DNA of 64,000 nt from Iphione sp. A-MEVVRFRX5 (Eukaryota), in contig OZ320317.1 of assembly GCA_976226885.1 (NCBI GenBank), positions 42,408,001 through 42,472,000 on the forward strand, given 5' to 3'. The notes beneath the pieces were generated by a model. The model searched no databases, had not been told where the DNA came from, and saw nothing but the letters and a program-made list of their open reading frames with translations. Position 1 is the first letter of the stretch, and every line of letters starts with the position of its first letter. Positions 26,685 through 38,464 of the stretch are shown here, in pieces. The translations under genes and the position numbers were made by a program.

Positions 26685-27069
26685 TAATTAAGATTGCAAC
26701 TCTGTACCATGCCACTTCAGAACATGTAGTACTTGTAGGTGTTTAATACACAATGTCCTGATCCCAATATTCATTTGACTTATTACAAAGTATGAATGAA
26801 ATATTTTTTCGTACTTTTAAATTATGTAGCATGAAGTTTAAGAGAAATACCATCATATTATGTGGAGTTCACTTTACTTTCTGTCTATTTGCTGAAATAC
26901 CAGAAAGTTAAATGATTGTAAATGTGTTAATTCTACTTTCTCAAGATGATCCAAACAAAGTTTGCGCTGTCTGCATAGAAAGTAAGTGTCTAGCTTTTAT
27001 TCCTTACCTGGAATGGCTTCGAATTTCAATATTTTCTGCATGAGGTATGTTACATCGATAGGGTATATA

Positions 27070-27390
27070 CAGTGGAACCCTCTATCAACGACACGCCACA
27101 TTATGTGCAGGCTACAAACTGAACTAAAGTTTAAAAACAGTTGAATGTCTATTTGCAACCAGACCGAATTGTGACCATTCTTGCTAATACGACCACCTGA
27201 GCTTGGAAAAGAAGTGCGATAGGAGCTCTGACCAATAAGCAATCATTCCCAATAGTATGACCACTTGAGCAGAGGTGTGGTTGCAAATAAGCATTCCACT
27301 GTACATATAATTGCGTCAATATTCTTCCTATTAGGGACACCCATCTTTATGTACTGTCTCTTTGCTCCCCATAGTAGAGACGTTTCACTG
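27070..27390. mobile_element. TA-flanked pogo/Tigger-like MITE (321 bp)
   Basis: Left end is TA|CAGTGGAACCCTCTA and right end is TAGAGACGTTTCACTG|TA. Confidence 0.7.
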
Positions 27391-30300
27391 TATATATATT
27401 ATATGTAAATAGCATCCTAAATATGATTATTTGGTACATGTACATACAAAATTACACCCATCATTACATTCCGTGCACGACGTGTAATCCAAGTTTTTTT
27501 GTGTAAACTCTCAACTCTCAACTCTCACTTTCAATAAGATCCATTCAAATTTGGATGCAAATCCTTACTCATATATTCCAACATAATTAACACGCGTGGA
27601 CTGAAGAAAGACGTGTAGAGCGGTTGTCTTATGGTTACGACCATGACCTGTGACATTGTCTATGCCCATGTCACCTCATTTGGTATTACGAACACTGAAA
27701 TACACTCAAACATACACTAACACACACTTACAACGACATCTTTAAATAAAGGCATACAAAAGTGTGACTCTCCCTTATAAAGCTGTGGTACAACAATGAC
27801 TCAGAATGCCAAAGGCAATACGGCTGAATAGCCTGAGAAAGTCTTTCGAGCTGATGCTTTTAGGCAGCACTCGTGCCTCTCTGCCTGAACGTACACCATT
27901 TGACTGGGAAGATGGATGGATCAATCAGTCTTGCAGGCAGGAGTTTATCAGCCTTGCAGACAAGAGTTTGAAATTGTAATCTATCTAATTTTTTCTTTTA
28001 ACTCGCCAAGGCTGTCATTCACATCGGTTTAAAAATATGTTGAATTGGTAGATATCTTCATTGATGAACATGAAAAGTGATTGGTAACTGATAAAAACAA
28101 CCTTGAATGCCCACTACTCCAGCTGATTACACAATCCACCTAAGACAGTGTTCACGTAAAGCCTAAAAATATTATTACTATTTGAACGTCAAGGGGTGTG
28201 TAAATGCAAGAATGAAGAGTGCCTCCTTTGGGCAGACTTTGGGCTCTTCGTGAAGTACACTGTGAATGATTTGGGTAACATCCCGGTGCCTATATTAAAG
28301 GAATCAATGGACTCGACGAAGACTACCAACACTGCCTAAAAATATCTGCTCAAATCAGACTGCAGCTTAATTAACTCTATCCTTATGGTATACACGTGGT
28401 AACAAGAATCTCATTTTCTTATGTAGTTCACGAAACCTGACGCTGGACTTGTAGGTAGAGCGCATTTCCTTAATAAAATAACTCTTTTGCTGGAAGAAAG
28501 ACTGTTGTGTCGTTGTACGAATAGATGGAACTGTTAACTGTACTAGTGATGATATGTATAAATAGAAGTGGACAATAAAATACAGCGAGTATGCTTTCCT
28601 GCGAGCTGTTATATTACTCGCATATACTTCTTGAAAGAGGATCAAACTTTACAACAGACAATCTTTCGTATGACATTTATAAGCGTTATAATGACGCGTT
28701 TTCTATACCATTTCAGGAATAATCTAACTGTGACGTTGCTATTAGTCCTTGTACCTCTTGTCCATCCCTCACTTTCATGGCTATAAACTCAGCCTCATGT
28801 TCAAACATGTGTTCCATTATTTATTCTACTCGCCCCTTTTTCTCAACTTTTATCAGTAAAATGTTATAACCAGTGTGATGATGTGCTGCTAATGTGATGA
28901 AAACTTGTTATCCACATCTACCTGTCACTTGAATATTTAACTGTCATTGTCTGTGTATACTCTGAATCTCTTCTATTAAAACAAATTCATTCATTCATCC
29001 AATCAACAGTATACGGTCAAGCTATCACGTTTAAATCAACTGAGTTTCATCTGATGCATCATTTCATGAAATATTTCATATTCACACACAGAGTTAAATT
29101 ACACTCTTCCCTTATGTATTAGATGAACGCATAAGTACAGTTGCCATGCATGAGCCATCGTCTATCTCTGGGGAGCAAACGTACATCCTTCATTTCTCTG
29201 TTCAAAGTCTCAGTGAGGGTCTAACGCACCGTTACCAGAGATGGATCATATAGTGACACTCGCACAATACGAAGGAGTCGAAATCCTTGTCTACCCAACC
29301 TTGAGCTTTCCCATCCTATCAGAGCGGCAGCTGTCCCAAACGAAAGACATTTAGAAACATCACCGCCAACAGACATGTTTCCTAGAGAGGTCACAGTTGT
29401 GAATGCGTGGGCCTGTTTCCGAGGGGGCGGGGGAGTAGATGTGTAGGCCCAGCGAGCTCAACCTCCTTCCTTTTGACTGTGAAGAGATATATCTCCATAT
29501 CTTCTCCCCTGCACCCCTAGCCTTTTCAGTTAGCAACGTCTCTCTTGCTCACTCTCCTTTGTGGCACGGTATTACTCACAAGATCGTCTGTTAAAATAAC
29601 AACTTTGTGCTAAATCTTTATAGAAGGTCAAATATAGAAGTGGAGCGTGGGGAGAGAGCGCGGGAGAGAGATTGAAAAACAGCGAGTCAGAGACAGACAG
29701 ATAGGGACATACTAAAAGATAACACGGAAATGGTGACACTAAAAAGAAATACACAAGTTCAGATAAACAAATGAAAATGCATGTCTATTTAACGTAATAT
29801 TAGCGAGTGGCACATGCCGTATAATAAATAGAGAGTGGGGAAGAAACGGTTACACGAAAATGGAGATACTATTTCAGCATCATGCACATTCACAGATATG
29901 CGCAGCAAAAGGAAGATTTAAATCATAGAACCAGACGCATTCGTCGCAGGTTACTTGCAGATGGTCCGTGTCCGCTCAAGGGCTTTCCGGATCGCCTGAC
30001 ATAGCATCTCAGTACATTCCTATCAAGAGTTAAGGACACCTCAGTCCTATAATTATACCATGTCTGCATGAGTTAGACACGATCTGTAAAATGTCTTTAA
30101 AGTTGGTGTCCAATTACAAAGATTCCGCTGATCAATGTTTTCCTTCTCATCTGGGCGAAGTAGTATGAGATCAAATGGGTGAATTGAGGGGAGAGCTTCC
30201 TCTGGTTTGGCTAGCTGATGGTGTAATTCCATCCAATTAAGCATCGCCCAGAATAGCGGCGGCTTGGTGACAGCTGTGAAGTTAATGGATCTACAACTTA

Positions 30301-33300
30301 AGTAGTAGCTATCCATTCTGCCGCAATGGAACTTCCAAGATAACATGGCAAATTAAGAAATATTCGAGGACATCTCCGTTAGCATTTCTTCTATGCCCAT
30401 AGATTAACGTGATTGAATTAGCCCGATTACATCGTATTTTGCTTTACTCTGTGACTGTTAAAGTCTATAGGACTTATGCTTCATGGAAACAGTAGAACTG
30501 CATTAAAACACTTACGGGCCTACAGATAAACATTGCAACACAGTTACGTTATATTAGCAAAACTAAACTGTGGAAGATTATAATCTGTTAAAATATATGT
30601 TTTTAGGACGTAATAAGAGAGTTATACTGAACTGAACTGTAAATTAATTACACCTCAACGCTGATCAGCTGCTAATTCCTAACCAATCCATATTTCCAGT
30701 TTCTCAGGGGGTTCTTTCACGCAATGACAACAGATGTAATTAGGTGATCACTTCAGCCTATCCACTTTTGGGGGATACTTCTTCTCCAACCTTTCCTCCT
30801 TCCCATCATCACAATTCTGTCCTTCTCCCGTCCACACCATTCCAACCAGCTGTCCTCATAATTCCCCTCTCTCCTTTTCCCCCTGCTTTCCTCCTTCAGT
30901 GAAATCCTCGTCACTGGCATTTTGCCCCCTCTCCTTTTCCTATTTCCAATTGTTCTTGCTTCCGTGTTGTCCTATCCAACTCTTCTTATTGCTCTTCCAC
31001 TGTCCGCCTTGCCCTCAAGTTCTTTCCACTTGCTTTCCTTCTTTGCTTGTGTCCGTTTTCGGCTTTTTGGCCCCGCTCTCTACTCGTAGTACTTCCATTC
31101 CCCTCCTCCCTCCTCCCTGTTCATCTCAGTTCATTTATTTCAGTTTATAATGACACCTCAAAAGAACCCTTGTCCAACTCTTCACTTCCGCTCAGATTAC
31201 TCGTGTCACTTGGACCGATAAAACACTAGCAAGCGGCGGTTGCACTGAGCCCATCAAGGGCTACCACTGTTATTGAGGGGACTGCCGTGACTGCAGATGT
31301 GATGAGGAGAGACAGAGCTGGAAAGAACTTGACCAACACTCCGAGTGTTTTAACCGTCAAACTAAATAAGATTGTTCTTCGGTGGAAGGAAATGTTCATA
31401 TTTAAATACTAAAGGCAGCGTAATCTCGAGACATAAGAACCTTATCGTTATTTCCAGGACTTCGGAGAAGTGGCCCAGATAATCTTGGCAAATGCATAGT
31501 ATAGGTCCTGTGTGGCCTTTGGTGGCCACGCGAATGTAGAGAAGTCAGGGGTCGAGGATGAGGATAATTTATTCAAAACAGGTAGTAAGATGTGCGACAC
31601 ATTGTGAAGGCAGTAATGGTCACTAACAGAAAAAATATGGACATGCAGGGAAAAAATATTTTTCTGAATGTCTAACTAATATTCAAAAACCCCTTCCAAC
31701 TATAGGATAATCTGGTAATTCCAGGTTGTGAAAAGTACTCCCTTTTATTTTTGGACATTGAAAATTGATTTTCTTTGGAATTCAGATAGTTCCAGATTTC
31801 TTACAAGTATAATTTTATGCTGCCGCATTAAACAGATACAGCAGAAACACTCTAATGCGGCCATAGGTGGCATCAGCTAAATTTGCCCTTAATCAAACTT
31901 TTCCAGCACTTTTTGGAAGTAAGCGTACTAAGCACCAGTAAGGAATATGACGTCATACAACCTAATAACCGATTTTTGATTGTTACGTATTTGGGTAGAG
32001 TGATGGTAGTAAATCAACGAAAGGAAGGTTTTTGAATGTGATGAATAAATGAATGTGATATTTCTGTAGAGGATATAATTTTGGGTTAATTATTGTGGTT
32101 TTGTTTAATATTTCATTAGGTTTTCTCATAAGAATAATTCTTAGAAATATGAAAATGGTTACGCTTGCTATACTGGAGGCCGATTGCATAAAAACACATG
32201 CTACGTCTTGTATGTCTATTGAGTTTAAAATGGATTAACGAATAAGGCAACAACTCAGGTAGGTTCATATGAATCTTATATGATATAGCTAATATATTTC
32301 AGATACAATACTTTGTTTTACATTTTTTCCACTCCTCAGCAGGCAAACCAGTTGCAATCTGCTTTGTGTGGTAAACAGTGAAGCAGCTGCACAAACAGGT
32401 TTACCCCATGTTTGACATCCATACTCTAAAGGGCAGCTGGCGATGTAGTGCCTACAGGACTGCAGATAGTCATATGAAGTGGTAACTGATGCCTACAACA
32501 CAATAGGTGTGTTGAGGTAAAATGTACTTTGTGAACCCTGAGACCAGGAGTGCCTATGGTACCGTCAGTGAAGGTAGGGTTAGAGGTGACCCTGAACCCT
32601 GGATTCCCAGGCCTCTGCTATATTATCAAGTTACTTGCTCTAAGCTGATTGGTGTAAAACAACAACACAAGAGACATTGTATTTATTTTATTCTGTCACT
32701 GGATACACTGTCAATATTTCTGTGAGTCATATGACATGATGGTTTAGTATAAATATGGGCCCTATGTGGCCAATAAAACAGTCTGCACTTGAAACTCCTG
32801 AGTGGAACTTGTTGCTTTGGGAATGTTAAGCTGAACAAATCCACTTGGACTTACATAAGGGTTGATACTTGGAAGGAATTACACTGGATAACAAGTGGGA
32901 CAACTAAGACAGTGCACTAGTAGATAATAGTAGGTAATAATAATAGATTATTTCCAAATGGGAAAGTCAACACACAAATTGCAATATCTTGTTTGGCTCT
33001 TTTTGTGTGTAATCCTTCTTTTTCATTTCTGAGATAACAAACTATACACCTAACCTTGCAGTCTAGAAACCCTGGCATCCATTGATTATGCAATCTAGAT
33101 AGTTTTGCTGTTTTTCTCAGTCCTCCTGATTATTGTTTGTGCCAAGCAGTTCTTCAATAAGGCGTATTGTGAACAGTGGACATCAGGAGGACTGACTTCA
33201 AAGCGTTCGTTGTTGGGGGTGTCCGCGGTGTCCAAGCTATCCATTCTCCCTCTCTCTCTCTATAATGCAATCGATGTTCTCACCTATCCCGGGTGTTGGT

Positions 33301-33559
33301 ATTCATCAAAGAAGTGCAGGGGTAGACTGGAGACTACCGACGGGCATTCCAGTCACGCTACAGCCGCGCTACAGCCACTGACTGACTCGGCCCGCATGGG
33401 AGATAGGAGTGGCTTCTCTGGGGTGTCAGGACAAAGTTGTGCCTCTCCCAGTTGCCCTCCAAGTTAGATTGCCCACGTGGTGAGTTGCATGGTGATGCTT
33501 GTTCTTATATGATACTGGACTGGACCTCAAAATACATGTCTATACAAGGTGAAAACACT

Positions 33560-35700
33560 AAAAGCGACTTTTCGTCACATTTCATAAAGTTTTGTTCATA
33601 GTTTATATGTGGCGATATCATGTGGTAAATATAATTTTATGTCAGTTTTATTTCTTAATAATTTGAGACCTCGGTCTTGGCACCACCTTTTCACAGTGTT
33701 GCAACAGTTGCTATTTAGTTCCTTGGGGATAATAACCCCTGACAAATAGACATGTTTTCGGTGATAGCATGCTTGAGGGCTTGTCATCTTGCAACTTGTT
33801 CATAAGTTTTGTGACCTCAAGGACACTTATTTGCTTGAGGGAGAATGACTGAATGTTGACATGAGCAGGCTCTTTTGGCAGTTGCACTGATGTTGCTAAA
33901 ACGGTCTGGAGCTCCTTGCCTACATTTACCAAATAGTCATTAATCATATTTGGTAGTTCATCTTTACCAATTTGATCACCTTTATCATCCATCCTTATTA
34001 TACGTTCTTTAGTTGTATACCTGCGAAATTTCTCATTATCATTGCCCAGTATTGCCGGTTATTTTTATCAAACAATATCAAGTCTACCTTTTTTCAATTT
34101 CAATTTATTTATTGCTGTCTTTGTTTACACAAAGTAATCAGTAGCACCATAGGTGAAAATAAACAAATGAACAAGAAGGTGAGCCACATAAGGTAGCAAC
34201 TATGTACATGCGACAATGCATTGATTGACTCATGGAGTCCATTGTACACCCGAATGATGTACTATATTACATACCAAGATACCGCTAGACGCACAATAGG
34301 TGCATTCTATTATTAACCATTACCTGATCCATAATTGATGTGACTCAGTTATGAGTTTCCTTACAAATCTAGTAAAAAAACAATGGTTCACATCAAATAG
34401 TGTTGCTGCCGTCTTATACTTGCATCAGTTAAGACCCTTTGCAAAATTTTACAAATAACACTTATTTCCACAAACCTCATGCAATGGATGGATGTACAAG
34501 ACCCGTCACACTGGCAAAACCATATATGCAGCCTTTCACAATAATACTACCGTATCTTATACCAGTCACCTCCTTACAGCTGATGGTTATCACCTGGAGC
34601 AGATAAATATTTTCTCATGAGGAACACAGATGGTGACCCCAAATTATCCCTTGGGAGTATATGTATTTATGCTGGTACAATCTGATATATATTGCTGGAA
34701 GGATTCATTAAGAAAAGTTAGGTAAACATTACATAGCACACTCTGCACGATTGCTAGTAAAAAAGATAACTTTAAAGTGGGAAAAACCAATATAATAATG
34801 AACACGGTAAACATAACGTACACTCTGCACGATTAATAGCAAAAACTGTACAGATTTAATGATGAAAAGATTATTGTGAGTAGCACAACAAAGCAGGTGA
34901 ACACCGACTTGTGCCTCCACAATGCCATTGGAAACTTAAGTTACTAAGAAATAAATCAGTAAGCCATCTTACGGTGGGATTAAGTAACAAGGGAAAAACG
35001 GGGTGGGGATTTTCAATTCAGCTTTTAGTTTATCAACTGTATATGACTGCTGTATTCTTTTTTCATGTACAGTGGATCCTAATATCCTGGCTTTTTTCTT
35101 GTAGGGTAGTTAAGACTGGGTAATGGTTACCTTTTGTTTTCTTTAGGACCTAAATATTATTAATCATACCGGTTGTTCCATACACTACTTCTATCAAGGA
35201 CCTACTACAGGGTCTCTAATGCATTGGGTGTTCAGCTTAAGAGATTTAATGCATGTCCCATACATATTAATCTCTCTGATCTTATCCTTTGCACTTGATT
35301 TTCTAGCATCTGTAGGGAATCTGTCAGCCGACTATTTGGTCTTCTGTATATTAATCCCAGGCAAATCGGCACGGCATCTTGCATATTAAGAGTAAACCAC
35401 TATGGTTCTAATTCTTTTGAGGACACATTTAAAACTGGATTAGAGGGGACAGAGTATACAAGCTCTGTTCAAATATAGACTACTAGCCCCCACCCACATC
35501 GATCCCCGTTAGATAGGTCATTTCTAATGCAATCATAAGCTGGTGCTTTTAACATATTGGTCAGATGGGAGATGGTTAACCAGGTCCCGGTTACTGGTAT
35601 TACATCAACCTTTTTTTTTTGTTTGGCCATATATGCAATCTCTGCTATTTTTTGGATACAGACTACGGGTGTTGATAAGGTACATCTGCATATCTTAAAC
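33560..35700 (-). pseudogene. Decayed CR1/L2-like LINE ORF2 (AP endonuclease, linker, RT remnant with internal deletion)
   Basis: AP endonuclease-like remnants are VDVIPVTGTWLT, YDCIRND...GLVVYI and LGLIYRRPN. The linker reads INDYLVNVGKEL...ISVLEVTKLMNKL and the RT C-terminus reads VKRWCQDRGLKLLRNKT. There are many stops and frameshifts. Confidence 0.65.
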
Positions 35701-38464
35701 ATTTTTTTCATTACATATAGTGCATGTGTCAGGGTGTCATACCACAACAGTATTGATTAATCAGTCAAAGACAAGCTGTAACATGAGATGAATGGTGGTC
35801 ATCTCATCCAAATGGGATGCCACCGATATATCAAACCACTAACGGAGAATGATTTGAGGAAGAAAACACCTCCAAATACAAGCTGACAAAATATGGCAGG
35901 GAGAGTCCACCTTAGAGAGTCCAACTGAGAGCGGTGTCGGCAAAGAGAGCAAGATAATGCGAGACCTGCGCACTGCCACCTGGTGGTAACAAGGTGACAT
36001 TGACACCTGCCGCCAGGCGGCACCTTTTTGCTCATTACGTGATGGATGCCATATGGGCCATGTCTATTGCACTGCTAGCCCTCACAAGTCACATACAACA
36101 GGAGACATTTTTTTGGTGATAGTGACCTCTACTGCCTTTTTATGTTTTACGTTCGTGATTAATTTGCAAATTGTATTTGTATACGGGCGGCATGAATAGA
36201 AAGTGGTCAGAGTACAAGCGTAGATATTTTATGTAGATATATTTGTCTTCTTTCAAATTCAGCCTTGTTCCATCATTAGTACGTCATGTATCAATTATAT
36301 CTGCGTCCGTCATCTGGCAGTCATGTGTTCCCTGTCACTCTGAGCTCAGTATATTTCGGCCATCTTTCATTTATCATCAAAATTAATGCTTGTCAAAGTA
36401 TAACACTCATATTGTAACATTACCAACAAATAATTAACTACAATGTCCTTTGAAAGGATTGCTTCACGATTTAATAGGTGAGAACTACTGGATAAATCTA
36501 AATCAATTACTAAGATACTTTAACATCCTCAATTGTACTGGTGGTTCCGTTCTCAGTGCCGCCCCCCATGTATCATTTAACCCTTTCCTCCTAGGCTCCT
36601 TAAATAGTTTTCCTGTCACGATCTATTGAATTTGATGGACATGACTTTCGAGATAATTTTGTTTTCTGCGGTTACTGGGCTTTTAAAAGGCGGATTCAAT
36701 TAGAACCAAATCCTGTACAGATAGCAATGAGAAAAAAGAAAATGCTTGCAAGCAACGTGTGCGTCCATGTGAGGGAGTCTCGGCCATTTGCTGTGCTTCT
36801 TTCTGTTGCTTGTCCCTCATAATGAACCCGAAACAGAATTATCGCGGGAAAGGTAGTCGTGGCGGTTGGTGGTCGTGTTTGGGCAGGAGCCGCCAGAGGG
36901 AGATGGGTAGGACAGCAGGGTCATGAACTTGTGTATAGGTTTGCCCCCCGCCCCCCCTTTATTTCCTTAGAACTTTCCTACCGCTAGATGGCCAACGGAC
37001 ATGGGCGGAGGAGACGAAGGGAGGATAGCAGAGTGCAGTTGACTTGTTGTCGATAGAGAGGTAATTAGAGAAGCCGATAGTTAGAGAAGTACGAATAGTG
37101 AGGAAGAGAGAAAAGGGGAAGTGTGAGGCGACGGTTTGACGTAGAGTGGCTGATTTGCAGCTGGAAATGTCTTGTTGGTATAGGAGACTGAATAAAAATA
37201 CGGGCAGGTATGGAGGAGGAATGAGATGGATGTAAGGCTTTGAGAAAGAGAGAGCGGGGGAAGTTGTGGCCAATAGGATGCATGGACGACAAGACAGAGG
37301 GAAGTGAAAATACAGTCAGATGGAAGTAAACAAAGGTATCATGAACTGCATGATGAGACTCTGGTACCAGGAGAAAAGCATACAGTGAGATAAAGCTGGA
37401 GTGACAGACGCCATTTTGATCAAATGAGACGCATTCAAGGAGCATGGTCGATCGAAAGAAGAGGCGGAGAACAAGGATTTATTACAGGGAGCAAAACAAG
37501 GGAAAAGAGTTGAGAGGGCCAGGGGCAGAAGGATGCCTGAGAGAAAAGACGGTTATATCAGTAGTTAAGAGGTCATTTTCTAAAAAAAAAAAATGAAAAG
37601 CCTATTTTTGAGTTTTGCTTGTTACTGCTAGAATGATTATCAGATACTGTGGACAGGAATTACAGAAATGTTGGCCAGCATAAATACCGTAAAATACTTA
37701 CAGTCAAATGTAACATTATTGGCAGAACTAGGTTGATTCTCCACAAAGTGTTTTGTATACGATGAGGCAATTGGCTGTCTAAGAATAAATCAATTATTTT
37801 GAAGAAGCAATAGACGGAGCGTTAGGAGTGAGAACAAGCAAGCAGAAGGGAGAAGGAGGGTTAGAAAGTAAAGGAGGCAGGAAGAAAATGGCGATTTAAG
37901 GCAGAAAGAGCTAGGTTTGCCAGGGAAAGAGGTAATCAGGCAACAGGTAGTGTTATTGAACATGAAGGGATAGAGGTAGTTGTAACAATGTACAAAAAGG
38001 AACTACTCACGGTCTAGTTCAATAACGGATGGTGGAGGTGTCTACCCACACCATTACTACACTTATGCTTACCATTTCTCAAGAAATGTCTTTAAAACTG
38101 CAATCTGACTGGTGGATTCTTTATTATTACATCACAAATGGTAAAAGGCCACCGGTTCTAATGACTTTTAGCAAGATGTTAATTAGTCTTTATTGCTGAG
38201 TCACTTGTACAGTGGCGCAAGTCAGGAGTAGACCAAAGAAGGAAATTGACATTGATTCTTTTCATTTCAAGTGATGTTAGTGACACTTTGACCTTCACAT
38301 TCTGACCTTGGTCAACTTTTGAATAACCGAAATGCTTGGGTCATACATCAAACTGATAGGATTGAGTATGCCCATTTTGTTCAGGCATTATCTACACTGC
38401 TTCCCTTTGACGCCTATATCTTCAAGTCAACCTGTCCACAGACATACACAAAATGTCTTCTTAA

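Noticed and set aside
36780-36935. CpG-rich stretch with short ORF MNPKQNYRGKGSRGG, reminiscent of RGG-rich N-termini
   Set aside because: Only 34 codons, with no downstream exons or domain support.
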